Below, one piece after another: positions 19,936 through 32,502 of a stretch of 64,000 nucleotides of DNA (positions are counted from its first letter, which is position 1; the number at the start of each line of letters is the position of its first letter). Source of the stretch: an uncultured Chloroflexia bacterium (GTDB taxonomy: Bacteria; Chloroflexota; Anaerolineae; JAAYZQ01); assembly GCA_963700285.1 (NCBI GenBank), contig CAVOXA010000010.1, forward strand, positions 960,001-1,024,000, given 5' to 3'. The translations under genes and the position numbers were made by a program. Under the pieces are notes generated by a model. That model ran no database searches, was not told the DNA's origin, and saw only the letters and a program-made list of their open reading frames with translations.

Positions 19936-21424
19936 CAGCCAGCATCTCTCCCAGCCGGGCAGCGAGTGGCTGCCGCCAGAGACTCCCCCTGGCCTTGGGT
20001 AGTGCGAGTATCTGAACGAGGGCCGAACCGCCCTCGCCCGCGCTCACTGTAATCCACAACAACCGCGGTCGCACAAGCCAGCCGGCAGCCATCGCGATCA
20101 ACGCAACCATCATCCCGGCCAGGATCAAGCCCACGCCAGGACGATGCTCCGCCCCAAGAATTGGACGGTAAGCTAGCTCCACCTCTATGTGCAGATTCTC
20201 TAGTTCTACCAGGCCACTTTCATCGATCACCACCTGTGCCCGCTGTTCCGCGCTGCTGGCATCAGGACTTCCGGCTTGAAGGAGTAGCATCTGCAACGCC
20301 GGCTTGCTCTGGGCGCAAGCCGGCTCAAAGGTCAGTGCCAGGAACCGATCGTGACCCAGTACGAGGATCAAGGCCTGGTCTTCCGGTGTGGCGAGGACAA
20401 CCTCGATGTCGTTGGACACGCTCAGACTCTCAGCCTCTGCTTGAAAGGTCAGCGGCCGCCCAGTATCATCTTTGCCACGCATCCTGATGACAGGCACATA
20501 CCCGGCCTGCCTCACTGTCACCCCCGGGAGCATGACAGGGTGTCCAGTACTCACCATGCCTTGTCCGACTGCAGCCCCATCCTGTAGCCAAGTGACCTTG
20601 CTCCCATAATCGAGCAGCCGCCCGACCTCATCCTGCCGCACTTCAAACTCATCCAGGCGGACCATAAGGCCCGTACCGCGGCCTACCGAATGGCTCTCTC
20701 CAGGAGCAGGTTGCCAATCCTGAGCTTGCCAGCCCCAACTGCTCACGACTCCCATGCCAAGCAGCATTGCCAGTAGAGCGCCGTAGACAACCGGCTCAGC
20801 CCAAAGGGCCGGTGCCCGCCTGACAGCCACCCGATTTGAGTTTGCCAAGCCAGGAACATCGATCCAACTATAGCCGGTTTGGTCAAGGACCTCGCAAAGT
20901 CGGGGCAGGGCAGTCTGAGGAGAATGTGAACTATACAGACGGATCCGGGGCGCGTATCTCCCCCACGAGGCAAAATCAGCGGCAGCCCATCGCTTTTGAA
21001 CAGCGGCTTTCCAGGCCAGACTGGCTGTTTCCACACACCATACAAACAGGGTCAGCCCAGTCAAAGCCAGCAGCATGTGGAACCAGAACGCATGGTAGAC
21101 GTCAAACAGGCCCATCGCATAGATGAGGCCGCTCGCTTGACCGAGGACGCCTAGCTGAAGCGCGAGCCAGGCCTGAGGGTCATCCACCGCTTGCGGGGGT
21201 ATCTGTGGGATGACCGTGCCCAGCACCACAGCCAGGGCGACAAAGCCCAACAACACCATCAGGGCCTGGGGGAAGGCAAGGACTCGCCATATCAGGCTCA
21301 GCGGTTCGGGCCTTGGCCCTGAGCCTGAATCCACAGGAGCCTCAGCCCCAGGGCCGGCGGTGTCGGTTGGCCGTGAAGTTGGGGTATCCTCAGTCATCGG
21401 TTCCGTTCTTGGGCATGGTTCCAA
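19925..21424 (-). CDS. ResB/CcsB-like membrane protein with a large extracytoplasmic domain
   Basis: GTVIPQ, GLFDVYHAFWF, YGSKV, C-terminal PG...TM...RLW; start may be 21397. Confidence 0.75.
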   Translation of the reverse strand: MEPCPRTEPMTEDTPTSRPTDTAGPGAEAPVDSGSGPRPEPLSLIWRVLAFPQALMVLLGFVALAVVLGTVIPQIPPQAVDDPQAWLALQLGVLGQASGLIYAMGLFDVYHAFWFHMLLALTGLTLFVWCVETASLAWKAAVQKRWAAADFASWGRYAPRIRLYSSHSPQTALPRLCEVLDQTGYSWIDVPGLANSNRVAVRRAPALWAEPVVYGALLAMLLGMGVVSSWGWQAQDWQPAPGESHSVGRGTGLMVRLDEFEVRQDEVGRLLDYGSKVTWLQDGAAVGQGMVSTGHPVMLPGVTVRQAGYVPVIRMRGKDDTGRPLTFQAEAESLSVSNDIEVVLATPEDQALILVLGHDRFLALTFEPACAQSKPALQMLLLQAGSPDASSAEQRAQVVIDESGLVELENLHIEVELAYRPILGAEHRPGVGLILAGMMVALIAMAAGWLVRPRLLWITVSAGEGGSALVQILALPKARGSLWRQPLAARLGEMLADDG

Positions 21425-21582
21425 ATGCGGGTGGAACCCGCGTTTTGCGCCACACCTTAAGAAGACAGTTTTCCGCAGTCACATGATTGGACAGGATCTG
21501 AAATCCTCAGCCAGGGCAGACGAAAGGCCCCAACCGAAACCTGGGTGCCAGGCGTTGTTGGGGCCTGTCGCTATAGGTACTG

Positions 21583-21655
21583 AGCCACCCAAGGGACTTG
21601 AACCCTTAACCTGGCGCTTACGAAGCGTCTGCTCTGCCGTTTGAGCTAGGGTGGC
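21583..21655 (-). tRNA. tRNA-Thr (anticodon CGT)
   Basis: GCCACCC acceptor stem, TAGCTCAAACGGCAGAGC D-arm, TT-CGT-AA loop, GGTTCAAGTCC T-arm; CCA not encoded. Confidence 0.95.
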
Positions 21656-21686
21656 ATCGCACCGGAACCCGGCCGATGACAGGGTC

Positions 21687-21715
21687 ATTATACCAGCCTT
21701 GCCGCCAGATCGCAA
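21687..21715 (-). promoter_or_regulatory. Sigma70 promoter upstream of tRNA-Thr
   Basis: TTGCGA-N17-TATAAT with TG extension. Confidence 0.75.
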
Positions 21716-21786
21716 ATTGGATGCGGGGAAAGTGTCCTGCCGTCGTTGCGGCTACCGCCAGATCCTCAGCCTTTTCCGAAATTCAA

Positions 21787-23418
21787 CTAAGCCTCGGTTT
21801 GTTCCCGATCGTTTTGGTGCTTCACCACAGCCTTGATGAAGGACTGAAACAATGGATGAGGGCGCGTGGGCCGTGACTTGAGTTCAGGATGGAACTGAGA
21901 GCCCACCATAAAGGGATGGTCCACTAGTTCACCGATTTCCACCAAACGACCATCAGGCGACAGCCCCGAAAAAACCATGCCCGCAGCGGCCAACAGGTTA
22001 CGATAGGCATTGTTCACTTCAAAGCGGTGACGGTGCCGTTCCTGTATCAATTCGGCGTGCTCGTAAGCTTTTGCTGCCCTGGTGTTGGGCACCAGTTGGC
22101 ACGGGTACAGCCCCAAGCGCATAGTCCCCCCCATCTCGGCGATATCCCGCTGATCCGGCATGAGGTCAATTACCGGGTACTCGGTCTTTATGTCAAATTC
22201 GGTAGAGTTGGGTTCGTCACTTCTCAGGGCGGTGCGGGCCAGATCGATAACCATGACCTGGAGGCCCAAACAGAGTCCCAGATAAGGCACCCGGTTCTCC
22301 CTGGCGAAGCGTGCTGCCGCCACCTTGCCTTCGATGCCACGGTAGCCAAAGCCTCCCGGCACGACGATACCATCGAGGTCGTTTAGCCTCTCTACGCCAT
22401 GGCGTTCAATTTCCTCTGCGTTGATCCAGTCTATCTTTACAGCCACATCGTGGCGCAAGCCGGCGTGGTACAGCGCCTCCCGCACACTGAGATAGGCATC
22501 GTGCAGTTCAACGTACTTGCCCACCATCCCTACCCGTACTGGCCGTTTGGAACGTTGTTCGCGCATAGATTCCACAACAGCTTTCCAGCCATCGAGATTG
22601 GGAGGATGAGCCGAAGCCAGCCCCAAGCGCTCGACCAAGTAATCACCAATGCCGGCTTCTTCCAGAATCAATGGTACTTCATAGATAATTGGTGTCGTGA
22701 CCAGCGAGATGACAGCCCGCTTCTCCACATCACAGAAGAGAGCGAGTTTGTCTCGCACACCATCATCAATGGCATAGTCTGAGCGGGCGACAATGATGTC
22801 GGGCTGGATGCCGATCCCTCGCAATTCACGAACGCTGTGCTGGGTGGGCTTGGTCTTGATCTCGCCCGTGGAGGAGATGTGCGGTAGCAATGTCACGTGG
22901 ATATAGACCGTGTTCTCCCGTCCAACGTCCACGCGCATCTGGCGGATGGCCTCCAGGAAGGGCAGGCCCTCAATGTCCCCCACAGTGCCGCCGATCTCAA
23001 CAATGACTACTTCAGCGCCGCTCACACGTCCCACCAGACCGATGCGGCGCTTCATCTCATTGGTGACATGGGGGATCACCTGAATCGTTCCGCCAAGATA
23101 GTCGCCGCGGCGCTCTTTGGCGATCACCTCGGCATACACCTGGCCTGAAGTGACATTGCTAGCTCCCGTCAGGTTCTCGTTGATAAAGCGCTCATAGTGA
23201 CCCAGATCCAGGTCCGTCTCTGCGCCATCATCGAGAACGAATACTTCTCCATGTTGATATGGCGACATGGTGCCGGGATCTACGTTCAAGTAGGGGTCGA
23301 GTTTTTGAATGGCGACCCGAACCCCACGGCTCTTGAGGATCCGCCCAATAGCAGCAGCGGTTACGCCCTTGCCTACAGAAGAGGCCACGCCGCCCGTACA
23401 AAAGATATACTTTGTCAT
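21787..23418 (-). CDS. pyrG: CTP synthase
   Basis: [48 protein letters not shown]. Confidence 0.98.
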   Translation of the reverse strand: MTKYIFCTGGVASSVGKGVTAAAIGRILKSRGVRVAIQKLDPYLNVDPGTMSPYQHGEVFVLDDGAETDLDLGHYERFINENLTGASNVTSGQVYAEVIAKERRGDYLGGTIQVIPHVTNEMKRRIGLVGRVSGAEVVIVEIGGTVGDIEGLPFLEAIRQMRVDVGRENTVYIHVTLLPHISSTGEIKTKPTQHSVRELRGIGIQPDIIVARSDYAIDDGVRDKLALFCDVEKRAVISLVTTPIIYEVPLILEEAGIGDYLVERLGLASAHPPNLDGWKAVVESMREQRSKRPVRVGMVGKYVELHDAYLSVREALYHAGLRHDVAVKIDWINAEEIERHGVERLNDLDGIVVPGGFGYRGIEGKVAAARFARENRVPYLGLCLGLQVMVIDLARTALRSDEPNSTEFDIKTEYPVIDLMPDQRDIAEMGGTMRLGLYPCQLVPNTRAAKAYEHAELIQERHRHRFEVNNAYRNLLAAAGMVFSGLSPDGRLVEIGELVDHPFMVGSQFHPELKSRPTRPHPLFQSFIKAVVKHQNDREQTEA

Positions 23419-23490
23419 TCTCTAGCACCCCAATGCTGTTCAGCGACTACCAACCAGGCCCTGATGTTCGACTATGGCCGAAGCCACAGG

Positions 23491-26166
23491 CTATTGCCCA
23501 CCACCCTCAACGTGCCGGTACAATCGTTCGTAGATGATATATCCCTGATAGACCCTCTGAAGATATACCCGGGACTGGTCGAAGGCGATGGCCTCTACAA
23601 AAAAGTCTAGATCGTCGCCGCCAGCCTCCAGCCAGCGACGTGTGTTGCCTGGCCCGCCGTTGTAGGCAGCCAAGGCCACCAAGATCTGTTCTTCAAACAC
23701 GTTCATCTGAACTGCCAGGTAGTAGGCTGCAAACTGGACGCTGATCGAGGGCCGGTAGAGATCCTCCACAGTGAAACCCTCCACGCCCAGGCTGCGCGCA
23801 ATCCCTCTCCCCGTAGCCGGCATCACCTGGCCCAAGCCCCGCGCACCAGCATAGGACTCGGCGGTAGGTTCAAAAAGGCTTTCCTGCCGGATCAGGGAGG
23901 CCAGGATCAGAGGATCCAAGCCTCGCATCTGAGCCTCGCTTGAAAGCAGATCGGTATAAGCCAAGGGATAGGCCAACCGCTGTACCTCCGCGGGCGCGCT
24001 ATAGATGGAACCTTGCGGCCACAGTGCCGCCACTCGGAGAGCAGAACGCGCGGCTAACCCGTGAAATCCCTGCTCGCGCAGAAAAAAGGCCAGTTGGGTC
24101 AATAGCAGAGGATCGTCCCAAGCTGAGGCACGAACTCGGTCGAATGCGTCGACGGCATTTTCCCGTAGCCCAACGGCCAGCAATGCCGCCCCCCGCTCCA
24201 GGTCGAGGTCACTGGCCAGGGATGCGGGCATTTCGAGCGAGTCGGTACTGTCCGGCACCTGCGCCCAGTCTTTCAACCAAGCCAACACATCCTCCTGAGC
24301 CTCGGCCTCACTCCAGGATACCAGATTCAGATCATTGGTGATAAAGCGTGTCGCCGTCAGTGACTCCCCGGCGCGGATCTGATTCACGCGTAGGGCGTAA
24401 TAGACATTCGGCGCCTCAGCGACGAGCTGGTCCCAATAATCGCCGTATTCTTGGGATTCAGGTGTGACACCGAGCTTGCCCAGCCAGTAAAGGCTCTTGT
24501 CCCGGTAGGAAGACGTGGTATAGGTGTTCACCAGAAGCTGCCAGTCAGCCACTGCCTTGTCCAGGCTTCCAAACCGATAGTGAGCCAGGCCCGCCCGCCA
24601 TAGGGCTTCCTGAGCATCCTTGGTGCCTGGGAAACTCGCTTGCATGTCCTCATAGAGTGCCGCGGCTCTGGCGTAATCGCCCTCACGCTCACGGACCGTG
24701 GCTGCTTGCCAGAGTGCCTGCGGGGCCAGCTCATGAGATGGGAATGCTTTTGCCAGGTCTTGATAGATCTTGATGGCCTGGTTGCTGCGCCCCAGCCATG
24801 CCTGTATGTCAGCCACCTCCATCCGGGCAAGGACCCTCCAACTGCTTTCTGGATGATCCGCGAGCAAGCGATTCAGCGTCTCCAAGGCTGCACCCGCCTG
24901 GTCGAGGTCACGGTACGCCTGGGCTTTGCGATAGAGAGCCTCGTCAGTCTTTTCGGCGGGGCCCGTCGACAGGTAGCGGTCAAAGGCCCGGATGGCAGCG
25001 GTGGTTGCGTCCGGGTGGTTCTTGCCGGCCCAATAGTCCACGAGACCGCGCTGAAACTCGTCTACCTCAATGCCTGCGTCTACCAACTCTTTCAGAGAAA
25101 GATAGGCGGAATCCGCTTGCGGATAGTTGTCCACGGCATGACGGTAGCGAGCATGAGCAGCCGTCGTCTGACCGGCAGCAGCCAGAGCCTGCCCAGCCAA
25201 GTATTCTGTGTCGGCCCGTTGGTAGTCAAAGCTGGCAAGAGGAAGCATCGCATCATACTCGGCCACGGCAGCCTCATAGTTCTCAAGGGCCAGGTAAGCA
25301 GCCGCTGTCTTTTCCCGGAGGATGAGCCGGGTAGATCTGTCATTGGTTGCAGCAAGTCCCTGTTGATAGGCATCAATGGCTGCCTCAATATCTCCCTCGG
25401 CGTTGAGACAGTCTCCGAGCCACCCCTGTACCATGTCAGCCAAGACAGTATCTTCTGCCAGATAGATCCGGTAGTGGGGGATAGCCTGGGAGCACTGTGC
25501 GGCCGCATGGTAGGCGTGAGCCAGCATGAGCACCGCTTGGGGCAGGCGGGGGTCATCCGGGTGGTTGGCAACAAAGACTTCCCAGGCTGCGGCAGCGTCC
25601 GCATAGTCACGATTCAGCAGGTAACTCTCAGCCAGACGATAGCGTGCCTGCCTGATCTGCTCGGGCGTGGGGGAATCGTCCAACAGGGCAAGATAGGCAG
25701 AGATCGCCTTGTCATAGTCACCGTTGGACTGGTATCGCTGGGCTGCCTCCAGTTGTGCGTCGGGTTGAGGGCTTGGCGTGGAGGTCATGGTCGAAGTCGG
25801 TGTCCAAGTTGGACTGATGGTGTCTGTCGAGGCCGGGGTCAGGGTTGGAGTTGATGTCCGAGCTGGTCTGGTTGTATTTGTCGGTCTCGGAGCCGGTGTA
25901 GAGGGTGCTGCTTCGGTTGGCGCGGCATCCAAGATCACTTGCAGCGGGGTCGAGGTTGGAATGGGGGTCTCGCTAGGCATCGCCATGGCGCTGCGTACTT
26001 GGGTGGTGGCAAGAGTCAGCGGGGCAGCCATCGCCGCTGGGGTCGGTGTGGCCGCTGACGCCACTGTGGATGTTGGCGGGGCGTCTGTGCAACCCACCAA
26101 CAACACACAAGTTCCAAGCGCCATCAACAGGAGAAACTCTATTGACAGCTTGGGACGTTGTTGCAT
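23491..26166 (-). CDS. Lipoprotein with Pro/Thr linker, TPR repeats and a soluble lytic transglycosylase domain
   Basis: LLVGC lipobox, many TPRs, IRQESLF, GLGQVMP, AYNGG. Confidence 0.9.
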   Translation of the reverse strand: MQQRPKLSIEFLLLMALGTCVLLVGCTDAPPTSTVASAATPTPAAMAAPLTLATTQVRSAMAMPSETPIPTSTPLQVILDAAPTEAAPSTPAPRPTNTTRPARTSTPTLTPASTDTISPTWTPTSTMTSTPSPQPDAQLEAAQRYQSNGDYDKAISAYLALLDDSPTPEQIRQARYRLAESYLLNRDYADAAAAWEVFVANHPDDPRLPQAVLMLAHAYHAAAQCSQAIPHYRIYLAEDTVLADMVQGWLGDCLNAEGDIEAAIDAYQQGLAATNDRSTRLILREKTAAAYLALENYEAAVAEYDAMLPLASFDYQRADTEYLAGQALAAAGQTTAAHARYRHAVDNYPQADSAYLSLKELVDAGIEVDEFQRGLVDYWAGKNHPDATTAAIRAFDRYLSTGPAEKTDEALYRKAQAYRDLDQAGAALETLNRLLADHPESSWRVLARMEVADIQAWLGRSNQAIKIYQDLAKAFPSHELAPQALWQAATVREREGDYARAAALYEDMQASFPGTKDAQEALWRAGLAHYRFGSLDKAVADWQLLVNTYTTSSYRDKSLYWLGKLGVTPESQEYGDYWDQLVAEAPNVYYALRVNQIRAGESLTATRFITNDLNLVSWSEAEAQEDVLAWLKDWAQVPDSTDSLEMPASLASDLDLERGAALLAVGLRENAVDAFDRVRASAWDDPLLLTQLAFFLREQGFHGLAARSALRVAALWPQGSIYSAPAEVQRLAYPLAYTDLLSSEAQMRGLDPLILASLIRQESLFEPTAESYAGARGLGQVMPATGRGIARSLGVEGFTVEDLYRPSISVQFAAYYLAVQMNVFEEQILVALAAYNGGPGNTRRWLEAGGDDLDFFVEAIAFDQSRVYLQRVYQGYIIYERLYRHVEGGGQ

Positions 26167-26332
26167 GGGCCCATTATCTCCCTAAAGGCGAACCTTGTCA
26201 ATTCCACCACCAGCCTGATCTTGGACGCCTTGCGCATTCTCGGCTGCACCCGGTGGATGCATTGTGGTCCTGAATCAGGCAGTCAATGAATGGGCCTCCG
26301 GTACATCAGCCTACCCAATGGTCCCGTGGATT

Positions 26333-26361
26333 TTGACAAATGGGACCGAGTATGCTACCAT
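26333..26361 (+). promoter_or_regulatory. Sigma70 promoter of the SAM-cycle operon
   Basis: TTGACA-N17-TACCAT with TG extension. Confidence 0.8.
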
Positions 26362-26386
26362 TCCCACCGCAATAACTAACCTGGAC

Positions 26387-26529
26387 ACTCATCCAGAGGG
26401 GTGGAGGGACCGGCCCTATGAAACCCCGGCAACCAGTTGCTCGCTCGACGCTGGGCGAGGACCGTGGTGCCAATTCCGGCAGGGTACAAAAGCACGCAGC
26501 AACTGCTGGCGAACCCTGAGAGATGAGAG
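26387..26529 (+). promoter_or_regulatory. SAM-I (S-box) riboswitch
   Basis: CTCATCCAGAG...GGAGGGACCGGCCC-ATGAAACC-CGGCAACC...GGTGCCAATTCC...GAGAGATGAG, upstream of Met/SAM genes. Confidence 0.95.
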
Positions 26530-26542
26530 GCGGCATATCGCC

Positions 26543-26570
26543 AAAAGCTCTCATCGTGGGAGCTTTTTTT
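26543..26570 (+). terminator. Riboswitch-controlled intrinsic terminator
   Basis: AAAAGCTCTCA-TCG-TGGGAGCTTTTTTT; its 5' arm CTCTCATC can pair with the P1 3' strand GATGAGAG (antiterminator). Confidence 0.9.
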
Positions 26571-26590
26571 GTGCAGTGAGGAGGGTACCT

Positions 26591-27736
26591 GTGCGCACGA
26601 TAGAGTGGAATGATACCGCGGACGGAGACCAACTGGCCGGTACAGTCAAGATGATTGACCAACGCCTTCTGCCCCTAGAGTTCGTCGTCGTTGAGTTTGA
26701 CGACTACCGGCACGTGGCCGTGGCCATCAAGGAGATGTACATCCGGGGTGCGCCAGCCATTGGCGCAGCCGCAGCCTTTGGCATGGCGCTGGCAGCTCAG
26801 CAGAGCGAAGCGACCACGCCCAAGGATCTGATGGTTGACCTCGACACAGCAGCCAGCGTCATCCGCGCTACTCGCCCCACGGCAGTGAACCTCTTCTGGG
26901 CAGTAGATCTCATGTTGCGGACAGCACAAGGCTCCACACAGGCGAATGTAGCGGGCATCGTTCAGGATTTGATCGCTGAGGCAAAGCGTATCGCCGACGA
27001 GGATGTGGAGATCAACCGCCGCATGGGTGCTCACGGGGCAACCCTCGTCGAGGAAGGTACTGACAGGGCCTGCAACATCTTGACCCACTGCAACGCCGGC
27101 GCCCTGGCCACAGTGGACTACGGCACCGCCCTGGCTATAGTCCGCGCTGCCCACGAGCAGGGCAAGCAGATCCATGTGTGGGTCGACGAGACAAGACCCC
27201 GGTTGCAGGGCGCCCGGCTGACATCGTGGGAATTGATGAACGAAGGCATACCCATGACCCTCATTGCCGACAACGTGGCAGGTCATCTGATGCGCACCGG
27301 CCAAGTTGACATCGTCTTTGTTGGCTCGGACCGGACTGCGGCCAACGGCGACGTGGCCAACAAGATTGGTACTTACAAGCTGGCGGTACTGGCCAAGGAG
27401 AATGGCATACCCTTCTACGCTGTGGTGCCCACCTCTACGATAGACCTATCGGTACCCACCGGCGATGACATCCCCATCGAGGTGCGGGAAGACCGGGAGG
27501 TGACCCACGTTCGCGAATGCCAGGTCGCACCTGACGGTGTGCAAGTCTTGAACTTGGCTTTTGACGTGACACCCCACCGCTATGTAACCGGTATCATTAC
27601 CGAGAACGGCATTGCCTATCCCCCCTTCAAACGAAGCCTGCAGAGAATGGTTGAGACCTGTCCAGAGACATCCGTCGAGGCCCAAGTCAAGGAGCCTGTC
27701 CAGAGGGAATCCCAAGGGGCTAGCCGAAGGAGATGA
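26591..27736 (+). CDS. mtnA: Methylthioribose-1-phosphate isomerase
   Basis: [47 protein letters not shown]; GTG start after GGAGG. Confidence 0.95.
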   Translation: MRTIEWNDTADGDQLAGTVKMIDQRLLPLEFVVVEFDDYRHVAVAIKEMYIRGAPAIGAAAAFGMALAAQQSEATTPKDLMVDLDTAASVIRATRPTAVNLFWAVDLMLRTAQGSTQANVAGIVQDLIAEAKRIADEDVEINRRMGAHGATLVEEGTDRACNILTHCNAGALATVDYGTALAIVRAAHEQGKQIHVWVDETRPRLQGARLTSWELMNEGIPMTLIADNVAGHLMRTGQVDIVFVGSDRTAANGDVANKIGTYKLAVLAKENGIPFYAVVPTSTIDLSVPTGDDIPIEVREDREVTHVRECQVAPDGVQVLNLAFDVTPHRYVTGIITENGIAYPPFKRSLQRMVETCPETSVEAQVKEPVQRESQGASRRR

Positions 27737-28785
27737 GCAAGTCATTTGAGGCAGGACTTCGGTCACTTGCTGCGGGAAGCCTGCCTCACACCGACCCAGC
27801 GATTGCTTGCCGGCTCGCGTCGGAAGCGTTGGACATCCCAACTTGGCCCCAACTGCCGCGGCGATCGTTCCTGGAGAACATGTATGTCCAGTACAGTGAG
27901 CAATTCCCTGGCATAGTTGTGAATGGGGGCCGGATCTATGTAGATCGAGCTCAGGATCTGGATCCCGCTCTCGAAAAGCTGTATATCGCCTACTTGATGA
28001 ACGACCTGGAGCACGCGGCTATCAGCACTGACTATGCCGCGGGGCTGCATTCATTTCTGAAACCGGATCTAGACCGGTCGCCGCCTTCTAAAACTGGCAG
28101 GGACAGACGATCTCTGGTCAAGGGCCAGGTGACGGGGCCGGTGAGTTGGGGGCTGACGGTGGTGGATCAGAACCGGAAGCCTGTGCTCTATGACGACGTT
28201 TTGGCCGAAGCGGTAGCCAGTCATCTGCGACTCAAGGCCACGTGGATGGAGCAAAAGTTACGCAAGTTGTCCCCTCAGACCCTCATTTTCCTGGACGAGC
28301 CCTATATGAGTAGTATCGGCTCGGCCTTCTTTTCCCTGAACCGTGAACAGGTCATCGCCCTGATGGAAGAGGTCTTTGCCGGGATTGAGGGTCTGAAAGG
28401 CGTGCATTGCTGTGGCAACACCGACTGGTCGCTGCTGCTATCCACCAGTGTGGATATCCTCAACGTGGATGCCTACAACTATGCCAAAGCCCTGGCGCTC
28501 TATCCTGAAGATGTGGGTGCCTTCCTGGAGCGGGGCGGCGCTATTGCCTGGGGCATCGTCCCATCTAGTGATCAGGCACTGGACGAGACGGTGGGCAGTC
28601 TGGTGGATCGATTCCATCACACCATTGGCCTCTTGACGGCTAAAGGATTGCATCAGGATGATTTATTGGCCTCGGCCCTGATCATGCCCTCCTGTGGCTG
28701 TGGCTCGCTGGCGGTCGAGACAGCGGAACGGGTGCTAGAATTGACTGTCGGAGTGGCAGAGGCACTGCAACAACGGTATGGATAG
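27733..28785 (+). CDS. Single-barrel 'core' methionine synthase, MesB-like
   Basis: GSLPHTD, WPQLP, KGQVTGP, DEP, Zn-site GVHCC, WGIVP, PSCG; 350 aa; sits in a SAM-riboswitch operon. Confidence 0.82.
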   Translation: MSKSFEAGLRSLAAGSLPHTDPAIACRLASEALDIPTWPQLPRRSFLENMYVQYSEQFPGIVVNGGRIYVDRAQDLDPALEKLYIAYLMNDLEHAAISTDYAAGLHSFLKPDLDRSPPSKTGRDRRSLVKGQVTGPVSWGLTVVDQNRKPVLYDDVLAEAVASHLRLKATWMEQKLRKLSPQTLIFLDEPYMSSIGSAFFSLNREQVIALMEEVFAGIEGLKGVHCCGNTDWSLLLSTSVDILNVDAYNYAKALALYPEDVGAFLERGGAIAWGIVPSSDQALDETVGSLVDRFHHTIGLLTAKGLHQDDLLASALIMPSCGCGSLAVETAERVLELTVGVAEALQQRYG

Positions 28786-28872
28786 CTACAGCGGGACGAA
28801 CTGCACAGACAAGAGAAAGATGCTGTCTCCAAGAGGATCGGGTCCGCACAGAGAGGAAGAAGACGCAGTCAC

Positions 28873-31153
<2,281 letters not shown>

Positions 31154-31155
31154 AA

Positions 31156-31181
31156 CCCGGCTTCCTGACGGGGAAGCCGGG
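31156..31181 (+). other. GC-rich intergenic hairpin between ahcY and metK
   Basis: CCCGGCTTCC...GGAAGCCGGG with no U-tract; possibly mRNA-stabilising. Confidence 0.55.
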
Positions 31182-31210
31182 ACAGCAACCCTACGCAAAG
31201 GAGAAACAGT

Positions 31211-32422
31211 ATGACTACGACCTTTATGACCTCACCAAAGCACTTTTTCACCTCCGAATCGGTCACCGAGGGCCATCCAGACAAAATCTGCGACCAGATT
31301 TCAGATGCTGTGTTGGACGCAATGATCGCCGACGATCCTGATGCCCGAGTAGCGTGCGAAACCGCCGTCACGACCGGCCTGGTGCTGGTGATGGGCGAGA
31401 TTACCACCAGCACCTACGTCGACATCAACAGCCTGGTGCGCGATGTGGTCTGGGATATTGGCTACACTCGGGCCAAATTCGGCTTTGACGGTGAGACCTG
31501 CGGTGTCTTGGTGTCTATTAAGGAACAGAGTGGAGATATTGCCTTAGGCGTGGACAAGGCGCTGGAAGCCAAGCTCGGGGAGATGGGCGAGGAGGAAATC
31601 GAATCCCTCGGCGCCGGTGACCAGGGCATGATGGTTGGTTTCGCCTGTACCGAGACGCCGGAATTGATGCCCATGCCCATCATGTTTGCCCACAAGCTTT
31701 GCCGCAGGCTGACCCAAGTACGAAAAGAAGGGGTCCTGCCTTATCTACGGCCTGATGGCAAGAGCCAGGTGACGATCGAGTACGAGTACGGCAAGCCCAA
31801 GCGCGTGGAGGCGGTCGTCATTTCGACCCAGCACTCGGCCGACGTGGATCAGGGCAAAATCCGCGACGATATCATCCGGCGGGTTATCAAGTACGTGGTA
31901 CCCAATGGCATGATGGATGAAGACACAAAGATCTATGTCAATCCCACGGGCCGCTTTGTCGTAGGCGGTCCCAAGGGCGATGCCGGCGTCACAGGTCGCA
32001 AGATCATTGTGGATACCTACGGCGGCATGGCCAGCCACGGCGGCGGCGCCTTCTCGGGCAAGGATCCAACCAAGGTAGACCGCTCAGGAGCCTACTATGC
32101 CCGTTACGTAGCCAAGAACGTGGTAGCGGCCGGACTGGCCGATCGCGTGGATCTGCAGGTGAGCTATGCCATCGGCGTGGCCCAGCCCCTTTCACTGGCC
32201 GTAGAGACTTATGGCACCGGCCAGGTATCTGAAGAGACGATCCTGGGGCTGATCGACAAGCACTTTGACTTCCGACCGGCGGCCATCATACAGGAACTGG
32301 ACCTGCGACGGCCCATTTATCGCGCGACGGCTGCCTATGGTCATTTTGGCCGGGACGATATCGATGCCCCGTGGGAGCTCACCGACAAGGCTGACATCTT
32401 GCGTCAGGAAGCGGGACTGTAA
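31211..32422 (+). CDS. metK: S-adenosylmethionine synthetase
   Basis: [39 protein letters not shown]. Confidence 0.98.
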   Translation: MTTTFMTSPKHFFTSESVTEGHPDKICDQISDAVLDAMIADDPDARVACETAVTTGLVLVMGEITTSTYVDINSLVRDVVWDIGYTRAKFGFDGETCGVLVSIKEQSGDIALGVDKALEAKLGEMGEEEIESLGAGDQGMMVGFACTETPELMPMPIMFAHKLCRRLTQVRKEGVLPYLRPDGKSQVTIEYEYGKPKRVEAVVISTQHSADVDQGKIRDDIIRRVIKYVVPNGMMDEDTKIYVNPTGRFVVGGPKGDAGVTGRKIIVDTYGGMASHGGGAFSGKDPTKVDRSGAYYARYVAKNVVAAGLADRVDLQVSYAIGVAQPLSLAVETYGTGQVSEETILGLIDKHFDFRPAAIIQELDLRRPIYRATAAYGHFGRDDIDAPWELTDKADILRQEAGL

Positions 32423-32433
32423 TTCAATACGGA

Positions 32434-32461
32434 GCGGGCGGCCCACACCAAGGCCGCCCGC
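32434..32461. terminator. Hairpin between convergent metK and the dehydrogenase gene
   Basis: GCGGGCGGCC-N8-GGCCGCCCGC. Confidence 0.6.
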
Positions 32462-32502
32462 CGTTCAACTATTTTCACCCAGCATCATTCCCCGTTGTTA
32501 CC

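Noticed and set aside
21583-21655. tRNA-Thr (and tRNA-Gln at 50593) as integration sites
   Set aside because: No integrase and no duplicated tRNA 3' end seen in the window
24640-25854. 404-aa plus-strand ORF
   Set aside because: Antisense shadow of the TPR-transglycosylase
25770-26080. Pro/Thr-rich low-complexity repeats
   Set aside because: Ordinary flexible linker of a lipoprotein
26320-26347. GGTCCC/GGGACC inverted repeat flanking the -35 of the SAM operon promoter
   Set aside because: Only 6 bp; cannot be distinguished from chance
26264-26590. 109-aa N-terminal extension of MtnA in the ORF track
   Set aside because: The region is promoter, riboswitch and terminator; the true start is GTG 26591
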